Assembly: GCA_051294375.1 (NCBI GenBank)
Contig: JBJCIZ010000239.1
Location: 6,033,074 to 6,097,073, forward strand
Source: Paraspadella gotoi
Taxonomy: Eukaryota; Animalia; Chaetognatha
DNA: 64,000 nt
Direction of reading: 5' to 3'
How positions within the stretch are numbered: the stretch's first letter is position 1; each line of letters starts with the position of its first letter. This document shows, piece by piece, positions 34,070 to 48,012 of the stretch. Under the pieces are notes generated by a model. The model did no database searches. It was not told the DNA's origin and saw nothing but the letters and a program-made list of their open reading frames with translations. The translations under genes and the position numbers were made by a program.

Positions 34070-36182
34070 AAAAAACGGAGGACTCCGCAACCCACACACA
34101 TGTTGACACTAGACAAGCGTCAAAATTTCTGATAGATTTTTTCAGTTTTTGTCGTAGCTCGGCGGTCACGCGAACGGAAATTGAAAAATTAAATGAGACC
34201 ACAGAGAGACGTTGAAAAAAGTTAATTTCAGCGACGCCCACAAATGTTTTTCACGTTTTTTCACAAATTCGATGGCGCGATGGCGACCTTGCGGTTGCAG
34301 AAAATTGAAAATTAATAAAAAAACACGTGGCGAATGAATAGGTCGAGAAATTCCATGGCAACTGTGTGAAAGTGATATTGAGGAACACGATAACACAGAA
34401 GAAATTGGTTTTAACGAGGACCCTGATCACGCATTAAGATGATTAGGCGGTGGAAAAAATTTCGAAAAGCGACTAGTAGCGACGAGGAGCGACGAGTTTT
34501 ACGGAAAACAGCGAAAAACATGCGAAAACAGCGAACACCAGTTCCATTAAATAATAAAATTTCACGCATGAAAACCAGGAAAACTACACCTTGTTCCCCC
34601 AGATTGGAAAGTCAGACACTGAACCTATCCAGATGTTCAAATACATAATGGTAAGTTAACGTCATCTTCAGGTGCATTTAATGCCTCCACTTAAAAGTTA
34701 GTTTAGGACTTTTTAATGAAGATAATTTTTAACAAGCAAAATAGCTAGCCGCTGGCAAGACACTAAAACTAAAATATTATGTATTGGACGAGTTCTTCTT
34801 TTATATGAGCGCTTAGACGAGGGACAGTTAAACTTGACATAAATTCTTAAATTGTAGTATTATGCTTTACTTGGCTTTGTTTTCATATCAAGACCTTTAC
34901 CAATTTTCTTTGTCCCGCAAGGAATAAGATACCTAGGAGCGTCTAAGAGGTTCAAATACTAATAACATTTTAATTTATTTGTTAGGATCAGGTGCAAATA
35001 TTGTAAATATAGCAATGAACGCGACATTTTTCGAGTAGAGGACCGGTTTTTTAAAATGCTCAATATTGTACCAGGGACCATTATTTATAGCTTTTTCTTT
35101 TGTATTAGAAATGAGTTCAACGATTGTCTTAGAGTAGAAAACTTGTTAATAAATTTAAAAATATTCCTCTAGATTTACAGTAAAGTATGAAAAGAGACAA
35201 ATCAAAGGAAAACCGCTCGCCGGGTGGAGTAAGTCGTTTTAAATGGCTTTAAATACTACTAACACTATTTCTGGATTTATGTTGTTTCCACCGACTTTAA
35301 TACTAAAAACCATTGTACTATCAAAAAACCATCGTAGGTTGGCAAGTATTTAAAGCGCTACTGGTGCCAACTTTCGTCAATGAACCAAAAAAAGCTGAAA
35401 AAAATTCGATCGCTCGAAATTTTTTTTCTTTCGCGAAGCGACATATCTAATCTTATCCTCTTCACCCCTTAAACCTGAATCTCGTTAATTCACGGACCAA
35501 GATAAAGAGAGAGAAAGAAAGAGAGAGAGAGAGAGAGAGAGAAGAGAAGAGAAAGAGAGAGAGAGAAGAGAGAGAGAGGAGAGACAGAAAGAGAGAGAGA
35601 AGAGAAGATGAGAATATGATGTGGGCCACAGTGGAAAAAAGGAGGACATTTTGAAGGGCAGATGAAAAACAGAGGAACGGTTATTCTCCAAGGTGTTGCG
35701 CCGCATTATTTTTCTTTTTACTTATCTTTTACTCAGCGACAGTAGTCGCTTAGATTTGATTTTTAACAAATGAGCAACAAACTATAGGCAAGTTATAAGC
35801 GTTTTTAACGTAAGTGGGACAGACCGACGGACAGACATACCGACGGACCGACGGACCGACCGAAAAGTGACTTATAGAGTTGCTCCGCGAAAAAATGGGG
35901 AACTCGGAATAAAAAAGGAAAAATAAAGGAGAAAAAGTAAAAGTGTTAAGAAAGAAAGAAAGAAAGAAAGAAATAAAGACAGACAGACAGACTGAAACAA
36001 AAGCCGGAAAGAACTATTGAGAGATAGACAGAAAGAGAGAAAGACAAGAACTCAGGCCAACTGATGGACGTACCGACATCAAGATCGACCGACCGACTGA
36101 CGGACGGATTTTGCGTCTACATCGTTGATTTTGACGAAGACTCTAATGACGTTCTAATGACGCCGCTTCTTTGCCGTCGGCC

Positions 36183-36242
<60 letters not shown>

Positions 36243-36505
36243 CGCCGAAGAAAATGGACGGCGAAAAAAAGAGAGAAAAAAAGACGGCGTCTCTTTCACT
36301 CTCTCTTTATCTATCTCTCTCTCTCTCTCTTTCTTTCTATCTCTTTACAAAAAATGAAAACCACATTGTACAAAGTACATTGTACAATGAGCAAATTATA
36401 AATCAATTCGCCTCTCAGGTTTTAAATTTAATGGTGTTCACACTTGCTTAGTTAATTATTACCTATAATTTATCGTTTATCATTTTATCATTTTATCTAT
36501 CCCAG

Positions 36506-36699
36506 ATATCCTCCGCCCATCTATCCAACCCCCTCATCGACGACTACGGTCAAAACGACGCCGGGGCGCCGGGAGAGGACGGGCGTCAAGCGGCGCTTCC
36601 CGACGCCGCCGACGCCGACCTCAAGGAACGAGAGCGCCGCCTGTTGGAGAAGCATAAGATCAACGTCGTCTTGAGCGACGTCGTTCCTTTGAATAGAAG
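36506..36699 (+). CDS. GALNT: Polypeptide N-acetylgalactosaminyltransferase, stem-region exon
   Basis: Acceptor cccag|, donor AG|gtgagg. Translates ISSAHLSNPLIDDYGQNDAGAPGEDGRQAALPDAADADLKERERRLLEKHKINVVLSDVVPLNR, matching the GALNT stem pattern PGExG...N..SD.I.LNR. Ends in phase 2, compatible with the exon at 53859. Confidence 0.88.
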
Positions 36700-37789
36700 G
36701 TGAGGGAGGAGAGGGAGGGAGAGGGAAAAGGGGGGAGAGAAGGGTAGGGAAGTGAGAGAAGGGTGGGGGATATTAAGAGGGGGGAGGAAATAGGGGCATA
36801 AAGAAGGGCGAGGGAGAGAGGGAGGAAATAAAGAGAGGGGAGTGAGAAAAAGTATAATCATAAAATTAAATGGATTTAAGAGTCGTCACTTATCAAAATA
36901 AAATGGCTACTCTCATTCGGTTAAAATTTTAAAATAATTTGTCATTTATTGGCAATACTTATTTCGATCCTCTCCTCAAAACAACGCGGAACTCCAGCCA
37001 AAAATATTTAAAACTTTAATTATTATTCGGAATTAGCAGAAGTGTAAGTGTAAAATTAAAATGTAAATGTAAAAGGAAAACGTAAATAATCAATAATCAA
37101 CGTATCTTCGGTGCGGTCTTTGTATTCTTTGTGTTCATCGTCGTCGTCGTCGTTGTCGTCGCCGTCCCGGTTCATCCAATTCTAATAAATTGGTACAATC
37201 AAAATCAATCAATAAACAGGCCAACATGCCTCAGGCCTTCGTCCATCCTACTAGATTCCATGGCTTGGCCCTTCAAAATATCCCAATCAATACTTTTTCT
37301 AGGACTAAGCTCTGACGAAAAAACCAGAGGTTTTTTTAAGATATTCTTTTACCGGCCAATGTTGAATGATGGAAATATTGCAATTGTTAAGTTTCAAAAG
37401 AATTCGACCATAAATATAGAAAATATTAAGCAAAATCTTCGGAAAATCCATTCCTTCTTTGGAAGATTTTCGCCATAGAAGATTTTTTCCCGAATCAGTG
37501 CATGACCGCTGTATATTTATTTGACTTATACAGGAAATACCGCAAAATAAAAAAAAATTAAAAAGAATTCAGACTGAGCGGGCGTGTTTATTTTCAGTAT
37601 TTTTTAGTCAAGACGTTTATGGATTTTCTTTGTTCCGGCGGCGTTGGATAGCCCAAACACTGCAGTTTCAGAAATCATCCGTGGTTTTGTAATATTTACT
37701 GCGCTACTGGTGCAAAAATTGCTAGGAACCAAAATTATCAGAAACCGCTTCGTTCTTTCGGATTTTTTTAGTCGGCTCTGCTTATCAGC

Positions 37790-38795
37790 AGATCCCGACT
37801 CTATAACTCACTTTTTCGGTCCGTCGGTCCGCCCCTCAATATTGTCGGGCACACACTTATATCATGTCAGAACATCGAATTATGATAAATTATGCAAAAA
37901 AAATGATGTCCGTCCGTCCGTCTGTCCGTCCGTCCGTCCGTCCGTCCGTCCGTCCGTCCGTCCGTCCGTCCGTCCGTCCGTCCGTCCGTCCGTCCGTCCG
38001 TCCGTCCGTCCGTCCGTCCCACCTTAGCAAAAAACACCAATTACTCGTGATTGGATGGATGGATTTAAATGAAATTTTTTGTGAGGATAGGTAAGTGTGT
38101 GATTGAGCTGGATATGAAGTTTCGATGGAATCGTCCGAGTGGAAATGAGTTTAAATGGAAAAAACAAAAAAAATATATTCACTATTTGAACACCAATTGC
38201 TCATGAGTGGATGGGCTGATTGACCTGAATTTTGTATGTGGGTAGGAAAGTGTTGTGATTGAACAGGAAATCAAGTTTCGAGGAATAGTTTGAGTGGAAA
38301 TGAGTTTAAATGGAAAAAAACAAAAAACCTGTTTTACTAAATGATTATGCTTCTTTTTCCTTTTATATTAAATGTATCTGCAGGATGTATTAATAAATCA
38401 AATAATTAATCAGTTAATTAATCAATTAGTAAATAAATTAATCAATAATTAATTAATTAGTCAATCAATCCGTCCATCCGTCCCATCTTAGCAAAAAGCT
38501 CCAATAACTCGTGATTGGCTGGTTGGATTGGAATTAAATTTTGTGTGTGGGTAGGAAAGTGTGTGATAAAGCTGGATATAAATTTTCGATGGAATCGTGT
38601 GAGTGGAAATTAGTTTAATGGAAAAAACATAAGTCGAATTTACTAAATCTTTTTACTTATTTTAACCAATAAATAAAAGTGAGTGAAGAAGCTAGATATA
38701 AAGTTTTGACGGAATGCAAGTTGAAAAAATTATGCAAGTTGAAAAATGATGCAAGTAAAAAAATCTTAAAAGCATAAGGATCGTCGCTATTGCAT

Positions 38796-38836
<41 letters not shown>

Positions 38837-39235
38837 GAGAGAGAGAGAGAGAGTGAGAGAGAAAGAGAGAGAGTGAGAGAGAGAGAGAGAGAAGGAGACA
38901 TAAAATAAAAAAATCTTAAAAGACTCAAGATCGAGCCAGAGCCACTATCATAGAAAATTAATGAAAAAAACCGGGAAAAAACGAATGAATCATGCGATAA
39001 CGAATTATTGATGTATAGTAATTGATTGAGTAATACTAATTGATTGATGTAACAGTAATTTATTGATGTAATAGGAATTGATTATTGATTCGATGATAAT
39101 CAATTATTGATGCGATGATAGTCATTCACTGCTGTGATGATAGTCATTCAGTGATGCGATGATTGTCATTCATTGATGCGATGATTGTCATTCATTGATG
39201 CGATGATAGTCAATAAAACAAACAAATGCGTGTAT

Positions 39236-39296
<61 letters not shown>

Positions 39297-39316
39297 AAAG
39301 AGAGAGAGAGAAAGAA

Positions 39317-39379
<63 letters not shown>

Positions 39380-39831
39380 AAGAGAAATAAATCCACGAAA
39401 ATCTCGGATGAAAATATGGGATTTTGTATTGAAAAAAAGCGCGGAATAAATGGCAATAATAAAAAGTTTTTAGAAGGAAAAAAATAATCAGAATTTTTCA
39501 AAAAACAAACGATCATGCAAGAGATCGGACAGATAGGGACAGACACACACAGAGAGACAGAGAGACAGAGAGAGAGAGAGAAAAAGAGAGAGAGAGAGAG
39601 ACAGCCGCTGCAGAGAAAAGAGAAAGAAAAAGAGCGATATATAATAATTAAAAGAGAGAAAGAGAGAGAAGCTCTACAGCCCCTTTACTCGTTAAAGAAT
39701 CAGCAGTACTTATGGCGCCGCACGTAGCGTGAGCTATTCTCTACCCAAAGGACCCGGGTTCGAGCACGGTTCGCGGCATCGTTTTTACATTAGTGAACCC
39801 ACATTATATCTAAAAAATTTTTGTTAAAAAA

Positions 39832-39884
<53 letters not shown>

Positions 39885-40375
39885 AAGAAGCTGGACAGAC
39901 GCTGCAGAGCCGGAACTCGTTTTTAGACAAATCAGAAGAAGCAGTGACGGAGAAAAAGAGAGAGAGAGAGAGCGACATATAATTAAAACGTTTTTGTTTT
40001 GTAAATAAAACATAAACAAATACGAATATTGATATGAAACATGAGAATTTTAAAGATCTTGATGATTAAAAGCCATATATGAAAATTCAACTCCCTATGA
40101 TATCACATTTTCAGAAGCCATGATTGCAAAAAAGCGAGACCGAAAGCTAAACCGAATCAAAATCTAGACAGGACGGGCTTTGCCCGCCTGGCTCGATAAT
40201 AGAGGATATTTGTTTGTTTTGATAAAATGTAAACAAAACATTTAATAACTGTCCTGACTCAATTTTAAGGACATCGATGATACAAGCTGAATATAAATTT
40301 AATTAATCTATTAATTAATTAAATAATTAATTAATTATCGTAGGCAGATCCGACATTGTTTGCTCAAACTTGTTC
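37790..40375 (+). mobile_element. Non-autonomous interspersed element with (GTCC)n and ~125-bp internal subrepeats (DINE-1/Helentron-like), interrupted
   Basis: 37790-38460 and 40300-40375 match the reverse complement of 62780-63435. Contains (CCGT)n at 37908-38019. The family assignment is an inference from the GTCY tract. Confidence 0.55.
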
Positions 40376-41050
40376 TAAGCGCGGAGCGATATATCTGTGG
40401 ATTCGATCCCCGAATCTCTGAGCCACGAGTGAATAAACACTGTGAGCTCACATCTGCCTCACTTCTCAAGTTTCTTATATAAAACTTATATCAATTATTA
40501 CTGTCACTTATTTTAGACATATGAACAATCTATTCATACTATATTAACTATGCCATCTAGCGAGTTTAATTATAATTATTGTTGAGTGAAGATAATTCAC
40601 TATTTCTCCTAGTTTCAACTATACAAAATGGAGTCATCTAATTCTACCAATCGTTACCGTTAATTATTGATTTAATAATTGTTATTATGTTAAAATATCC
40701 AAATAAAATATAAAAAAAAATTTAGAGAGCCCTTCAGACATATGGCTATCGGATTTCTGAATTCGAAGTTTATTGTAAAATCACAACATATGTTAAATGC
40801 GTTTACATTGTATTTAAGTTAAGAAATCCTTTTATTTTATAGATAAAAATTGCGTCGAAAATTTGAATCTGAGAGTTTGATGTCAAAATGCTGGTTATTT
40901 GACAAAAGAAAAAAATATGCGAGCCCGGAATTTTTATCAGGAGCGTTTATATTGTTTGGTAGTCGGATTTGAACGGAAAATCTCCACTGAAAAAAAATCT
41001 TCCTCGATCTCTAAGATTAAGAACGACGTCAGCTCCTACTTTTTCGGTCC

Positions 41051-41081
41051 TCAAATGAGAAGCGCCTCAACCCGTAACGTC

Positions 41082-41112
<31 letters not shown>

Positions 41113-41208
41113 TATCGTTTCTTAATTCCACGGCGCCGTCGATCATGCAAGTTCCTTTGATAATATTTTTGCAATCCTCGCAAGTCGGGGCGCAGATGGG
41201 CGGGAGGC
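41051..41208 (-). CDS. Cys-rich gene C, terminal exon 4
   Basis: (ct)n-ag| (G)LPPICAPTCEDCKNIIKGTCMIDGAVELRNDIVVVVVVVVVATLRVEALLI*. Confidence 0.87.
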
Positions 41209-41469
41209 CTAGAGAGAGAGAGAGAGAGAGAGGCAGGCAGAATCGGGGGTACACATTGAATGGCATCAGCCTCGAATCACATCTGTAATAGGGAGGAAAG
41301 AATAAAATTTCATACAGCCCTAATTTGCACTGCCGATTTCTCCCCCCCCCCGTCAGTAATTAATCATCATTGACCATTGGCTCATTGTGTATTGACCATA
41401 ATGTTTTGGGTTCGATCCTAACCGGGCAACCTGCCCCGATGACAGATCTAAGTCAACCACCCACACTAT

Positions 41470-41790
41470 CTAATCCCATACCAATCAAATCCTATGCCAA
41501 TCAATTCAAATTACAATCAAATCCCATACCAATCAAATCCCATACAAACCAAATTCTATGCCAATCAAATCTAATTACAATTAAATCCCATTCCAATCAA
41601 ATCCCATTCCAATAAAATCCCCTGCCAATCAAATCCCTTGCCAATCAAAATCCAATTACAATCAAATCCCATCGAAATTAGAAACAAATCCCATTCCAAT
41701 TTTGATCCGATGCCAATCAAATCTAATTACAGTCAAATCCTATATTAATCAAATCCCCTGCCAATCAAATCCCCTGCCAATCACATCCCA
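41470..41790 (+). repeat. Degenerate ~16-bp tandem repeat (CCAATCAAATCCCAT) in intron 3 of gene C
   Basis: Visible recurring unit. Confidence 0.8.
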
Positions 41791-41838
41791 CGACGAATCA
41801 TAGTTATAACTCAACCCCCCCCCCTTCAAACATCTCAC

Positions 41839-42042
41839 CTTCTTCGTCATGATTCTTTCCTCCTTTGCAGCAAGTCTTAAAGGTAAAGGGCTTCCCGTTG
41901 AATTCCTTTTGCTTCGTGCAGAACATTGTCGATTTGCAATTGAAGATAGTCTCCTCGACTTCGTCGTCCTGATGAGGTTCCACGCATCTGCCTCCGGCGT
42001 TGGTGCAGATACTGCAGTCGGGGATGCACAGGTTGGGCATGG
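41839..42042 (-). CDS. Cys-rich gene C, exon 3 (204 nt, phase 1-1)
   Basis: Pyrimidine tract ctctctttcc...cag| (P)MPNLCIPDCSICTNAGGRCVEPHQDDEVEETIFNCKSTMFCTKQKEFNGKPFTFKTCCKGGKNHDEE, donor G|gtgaga. Confidence 0.9.
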
Positions 42043-43283
42043 CTGGGGGGGGAAAGAGAGCCTAGGGTGGTCGGGTGAAGATTGCCGGGGGGATGACGAT
42101 TGGTGGGTCCGGAGAAGAGCGGGAGTTTAACCTGAGCGTCTCTCTATTCAAGCTTTCTCAGTGTGAAAAAAAAAATCGTCATTTTTCATTATCTTCAACT
42201 GCAAACAAAAAGCTTGACACATTGCTTGTTTATCATAATAAAATTTTTAAAAATTACATAGCTGGCAACATATTTGACAAAGCCAGACATCATTGTGTTA
42301 AATTGTATTAATAATTTTCTTTTAAATATAACAACCTTTATACTTTATAATTCTATTATTCATCATCTATTTTAATTTTTTTTTAAATTTCGCGGAATAG
42401 CCAATTGGAAAGGGTTCATTGACTGACTTAATGATCAAATTGTTTAGGTTTCTTTACTGCCACCATTTCACAAGACATAATAGGTTATGATTATTATGTC
42501 AGTATGTCCAGATTATCTGTACCCTTTCTGCAACCCGCATTCCGAATTTTCTTTTTTCCCCTTTCAAATGTATTAAATAAAAAAAATTATTTGAGAGAAT
42601 GATCGGCGTGGGGGATGCCATTGGTAAGCCTTAGTAACCCCACTTCCCGAACAAATTTTTAAACAAGGTTTTTTTTCCATCTATTTGAGACATGACACTA
42701 ACTATTGGCGATATTATTTTTTTTATTTCTTACAAGATATTTTGCGTAATCCGAGAAACGTTTAGCGTGTCAAAAAAATATGGAAAAAAATAAGAGAAAA
42801 ACGTTTTGACAAATTTAAAAATTTATGGAGGAATCTAATATAAGCTATCTGGCATCCTAACTTGGGACAGGCTATGAAGGGTTAAGGCCTCCACCCACTT
42901 ACAGGGTAATAACCTAACATACATATTATTTAATTTTAACTGAACAAACAGTCAACTTAGAACAAGGTACATCGAGTAATGAGCATCAATTTACGAAGTG
43001 CTAACCGTTATTAAACATTATTTATTTATCATTTTTAAATGTCAATATGATCGAGAGAAAGAATTGCATACTAAAACATATATGCTGTGGTTTCGTCGCC
43101 ACGGGGTTCACACCAGCTGGTCACTTTGTCGTAAGGTCTCTCTTTTTCTCTCTCTTCTGTTATTTAACCTGCCAATAGAATGTATTATGTGCCTCTACAA
43201 TACTTTACATACTTGAATGCTCCATGAAAAAAAAAGAGGAAATCACGAATACAAGAGCTCACAACCCACATTAAATAACTCAC

Positions 43284-43496
43284 GTCTTCCTTCCATGTGA
43301 GCTCCTTTGCAACAACCCTGAAACTTGACTTTTTCTCCCGCGAATTTCGTTTGTGTTTTGCAGAATTTTGCAGACTTGCAATTCCTAACTCCCTCGATGT
43401 CTGGATCCGGGGGTTCCTCTCTCTGCGGCGGATCTTCCACGCAATTGCCAGACAATTCTTGCATGCAACGGTCGCAGTTTTCAGAGCAGACCTTTT
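43284..43496 (-). CDS. Cys-rich gene C, exon 2 (213 nt, phase 1-1)
   Basis: caaacag| (E)KVCSENCDRCMQELSGNCVEDPPQREEPPDPDIEGVRNCKSAKFCKTQTKFAGEKVKFQGCCKGAHMEGR, donor C|gtgagt. Confidence 0.88.
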
Positions 43497-43779
43497 CTGT
43501 TTGTTGGTGGGTGGGTGGAAATGATTTTACAGAGTGGCATTAAATGACTAATGGTTTGGTTCTTTTTTTGGCAGAAAAAAATGGTGAAGTTTTTTTTTTA
43601 ATTACGTTTTTTTATAGAAAAAGTCAGATCAAAATTTAAAAGTTTGGCGTCCGGCGTTTTAAAAGATGAATCATGGTAATTTTTTAGCGAGTATAAAAAT
43701 GAAATAAAATAAAGTATAAAAATACTCAGGATATCTATCTCTCTCTCTGTGACAGAGTCTGTCTGTCTGTCTCACTCAC

Positions 43780-43939
43780 CATTGGACGTGTCGCAACAGA
43801 CATCATAATTGACCATTTTGTCTTCATGATATTCCACTCCTTGACAAAACGCATTTGTCTCACAGTTATTCACCTCCTCGTAAGCTAAGACTACTTTCAA
43901 AAGCAAAGCCAAACCGAGGACGATCACGGGCGTCGCCAT
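43780..43939 (-). CDS. Cys-rich gene C, exon 1 (not in supplied ORF track)
   Basis: aaaATGg start. MATPVIVLGLALLLKVVLA-YEEVNNCETNAFCQGVEYHEDKMVNYDVCCDTSN. Phase-1 donor G|gtgagt. The 5' end is nearly identical to gene B at the DNA level. Confidence 0.88.
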
Positions 43940-44074
43940 TTTGTATTTTTGTTTATAGTTTCTTTTCTCTTAAAGCTAATTCTTTATTAGCCAAAAGTAA
44001 AAAGTAAATGAGATTTTTAGGTCGACTGCGAAATTAGAATTTTCGATGTTCACTTTTAGTATGAAGTCTTTAGA

Positions 44075-44206
44075 GTTTTTGAATTTGTGACAACGATTTA
44101 TTTTATTAGACGGACTTGTTTCGACTCTTTGGGTTCGAGTCTTCATCACCAAAGAGTCGAAACATGTCCGTCTAATAAAATAAATCGTTGTCACAAATTC
44201 AAAAAC
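44075..44206. mobile_element. 58-bp near-perfect hairpin, Penelope-like inverted fragment with hammerhead-like core
   Basis: Arms 44075-44132 and 44149-44206 (one mismatch), 16-nt loop. The minus strand reads gTGATGA-a-gactc...gagtc-GAAAC. The arm resembles the flank of the 62631 motif. Confidence 0.65.
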
Positions 44207-45996
44207 ACTTTGTTTTCTCTAAATATTAAACAACGAAAAGAAAGGATTATCACATGTAGTATGAATTCAAAACAGACGACAAACTTTGTTAAAACAAAAA
44301 AAGCAAAGCAAAGCAAAGCAAAAAATTGGATAAAATTCTTCAAAAAATGTCACATCACTTAGTTTATTTATGACGATCCTATATATACATAATATTACAT
44401 ATACTCGGTTTGATTACAAAGTTAGTCGCTATCGAATCTTAAATATTAAACACAATCGAGGCGACTTAGCGCGAGGCCTTACCTACTCAATTCAACCTTG
44501 AGGGGCTTTGTGGTCAAATATGTAGAAAACATTATGGTACATTATGGTGCGTCTTCCAAGTCACGGGGTGAAGACATCACCCGATAGTTCACGCTCAGGG
44601 CTTTGATCCTGAGATGACCACATGTCACTGGCATTTTCAAACCGACACCATCACATTTCAGAAAGACAGACCGTGAAAGGATTGAACGATGTACTCGAGA
44701 CCGGTAAATGAGTAGGAACCTATTCAAGTCATTGATGCGAAATCTAACAAAAGGCGAATTTAGTATTCATCAAAAAATCATCAAATTGTAGCAGCTCAAG
44801 TGACGATGACAACAACAACATCAAACGACCACGACGATCAAGTTCACTGCCCATTATTCGACCACCTGACCTTGGGTCAGGTTTCACCTCTCTCACTTGA
44901 ACATTGAACATTGAGCATTGTTTTTTCTCTTTTTGGTTTTTACTATTGTTATTGACTTTTCATTATGGTTTACTTTTGGATTATAACCTTTCTTGTTTCC
45001 TTAAAGAAAAATTGCCTCAATATTTTTTGCTTTAGTCAACTACAAAATCAAGAAATTACGAGCAAAACGAGGCTCGAGCTCTATTATTCGAAACGAAATG
45101 CAAAAATTGAAAAAAAAATGTTTATAGAGTAGTATAGAGGAGTAATTTACTACTATCGGTACAATGTGAACTAACAGTCATCAAAAAAAATAATAAATCA
45201 CCAATGAACAATTTTCAGCAAATGTCGTTAAAGAAATTGAACAAAGTAAAACAGAATACGTGTTGTTGTCGTCGTCGTCGTCGTCGTCTTTTTTTTTCCC
45301 GCTCACTTTTATATTTCAAAGTCATCGACCTTATTTTCCAAAAGCATCCCATTTCCGCTTCAAAATTAGATTAATTTTCAGGGTTGTTCTTCGAGTAAGT
45401 AAGGGATTAAGGTTAAAGGTTAAGGACGGGGATTAGGATTAGGATTAGGGTTAGAATTAGCGAAGAGGATTAGGTTGAGGATTGGATTTAAATGAAATTG
45501 GTAAGACCAATATAAAAAATTATTATATTATAAATTAAAATTAAAATTAAGTTTCGGAGATTATGAAATAGAGCATTATTTTTTAAGGACGCCCCATTTT
45601 ATCTTAAATTCTAAATTAAGTTAAGTTTTTTAATTAAATATTAAGTTAAGAATAGTAATTAAGATTAAGTTAAAGATTAGATTAGTAATTAATGTGAGAG
45701 GTTTTGTTTATGATTTGGGTTCATGATTTGGATTAGGGAATAGCTTTAAATGTTAGAGGTTAAGGTTAAAAATTAAGGATAAAGGTTTAGGGTTAGGGTT
45801 TAGGATTAGGTTAAGGTTTGTAATTAAGGTTAAGGATTTGGGTTTGGGATTAGTTTAATAATTTAAGAACATATTTTTTTTTATTATAATATTTTTTTTT
45901 AAATTACGATAAATGGAATAAAACTCTTGACGGAAAAAAAGCGCCAGAAATTGAATGCTTTCGGAAAATAGCGCAAATGTGTTCATCTTCAGGTCT

Positions 45997-46160
45997 TCAT
46001 AATCTCAAAGTCGTTGCTTTCAACATCTCATCGACGACGACGACGACGACAACGACGACGAGAACGACGATTCCGTTTGCCGTGGGTTTCGCGCATGCGC
46101 TGAAACATTTTCCTCCTTCCTTTACGCAGTCTTCACATTTCGGTGTGCAGATGTTTAACA
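45997..46160 (-). CDS. Cys-rich gene B, terminal exon 4
   Basis: ttccccttcatctag| (V)LNICTPKCEDCVKEGGKCFSACAKPTANGIVVLVVVVVVVVVDEMLKATTLRL*. Confidence 0.85.
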
Positions 46161-46298
46161 CTAGATGAAGGGGAATTTGGGGGGGCGGGGACTTCAGGCC
46201 TTATTTTCCTAAAATGCCCTATGTAATCTTAAATTCGGAAATGGGTTAATTTCTTTCAAGTTAAAGATTAGGTTTGAGTTTAGGGTAAGGGATCGAAG

Positions 46299-46512
46299 TT
46301 AGAGATTAGGTTAGTGATTAGAGATTGGGTTAGTGATTAAAGATTAGATTAGTGATTAGAGATTAGATTAGTGATTAGAGATTAGGTAGTGATTAGAGAT
46401 TAGGTTAGTGATTAGAGATTAAGTTAGTGATTAGAGATTAGGTTAGTGATTAGAGATTAGGTTAGTGATTAGAGATTCGGTTAGTGATTAGAGATTAGGT
46501 TAGTGATTAGGG
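46299..46512 (+). repeat. 19-bp tandem repeat (TTAGTGATTAGAGATTAGG), about 11 copies
   Basis: Near-perfect periodicity; follows a MITE-like end at ~46198. Confidence 0.9.
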
Positions 46513-47669
46513 TTAAGGATAAGAGAATTACACGTAAAAAGAAAATCACTGAGGCGCAACGCATTTGATGGACCGATCTTGGTTTAAAATATTAACAATA
46601 TGCATGATCCAATTTACAAAAAACTTAATATCAAGAATATTCCCGTCATTGTAAATAGCTTTAGCGATTTACTTACCCCCCTCCATTAGCTTTAATTTTT
46701 TTCTTCAATTTTTTTTCCATATTTGTAACTTTTGCTACCTACTATGAAGATTTGTCTCTTACTTTTTCTACTATGAGCATTTTTCCTTTACTTTCTATAG
46801 AAATTTGCTCTTCTGTCTGCACCCACTAGATCTTCACTTGCATCGCTTTACACAAAATAGCAAATTTTTGCCTGTTTTGGTCTTAATAAACCAGATGGCT
46901 CCACAAACAAAAGAGCGTTTTTAAAACAAAATAGCAATTAAATTTAGTTTTAGTATATCTTTTCTGAAACAAAAGAACAGTCCTATTAAATCTTCTTTGT
47001 ATTTTCACCCTATTCTACAAGAGGGCTTTACAAATCAGGAGGCTTTTTGTAAGACAAAGAAACATTCAAAAATTTTATCTGCACCCACTGTTTGTAATTA
47101 GGAGCAAGTTTTACAAGGTTTTACAAAAATGTAAAAAAAAGGCACATGATTTATTGCGTCGTATTTAGACATAATTTTTAAAATAAAACAAATTTTAAAA
47201 TTTAAGGGAAGATAATTTCAAAAAGTCAAAGACCCAGACGGTCGCCTTGGCGTTTCCCTCGTGGAAAGGATGAGATGAAATCCATCGAAATTACCATAAC
47301 TTTGGATAGAACTGTTGAGGATTCAAATCCTTCAATTCTTCACCCCGCACAAACTGATATTGACTATGCTATTCAAGCATATTCTATTTAAGATTCATTA
47401 CTACTTTTTCTTTTTTAATCCTCCTTACCTTCATAGGTTTTTAATCCTAAATGATGCAAGTTGAAAAAAAAATTATTAGTGCCACAATAACAGTTCAGCT
47501 TAAGCCCTTGAAAGCGATTTACATGTATTGGCGCAGCCACTGGTTATAAGAATATGACCAAAAACCTCTGGCTTTTTTTTTTCAGGCAAGAGGGCTATGG
47601 GTTAGGGCGGACAGACAGACAGACAGAAAAAAAGATTTAAAATAAAGAAAGAAAGAAAGATAGAAAAAC

Positions 47670-47888
47670 CTGCTTTGTTGACCGGATGCTTTATTCCTTT
47701 ACAACAACCGTCGAAGGTTATCGGTTGGCCGTTGTGTTCTTTCTGCGACTTGCAGAAGTCGGCCGTTTTGCAATCGAGTACAGACTCTTCCATCTGCCCT
47801 GGAGGTTTCTTATGTTCTTCTCCTTTGATGCACTTCCCGTTGTATTTATTGCAGTCGGAGCACTTCACGATGCAAATATTCGGCAACT
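47670..47888 (-). CDS. Cys-rich gene B, exon 3 (219 nt, phase 1-1)
   Basis: (K)LPNICIVKCSDCNKYNGKCIKGEEHKKPPGQMEESVLDCKTADFCKSQKEHNGQPITFDGCCKGIKHPVNKA. The acceptor follows an A-rich tract (atypical); donor G|gttttt is weak. Confidence 0.8.
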
Positions 47889-47978
47889 CTTTTTTTTTTT
47901 TATTTCATTTGTATTTTATTTTAATTTTTATTTAGTTGTTTTTTATTTTTTAATTTAATTTAATTTTTTTATTTATTT

Positions 47979-48012
<34 letters not shown>

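Noticed and set aside
39710-39780. tRNA gene
   Set aside because: Has a GGTTCGA B-box but no complete cloverleaf. More consistent with a SINE head.
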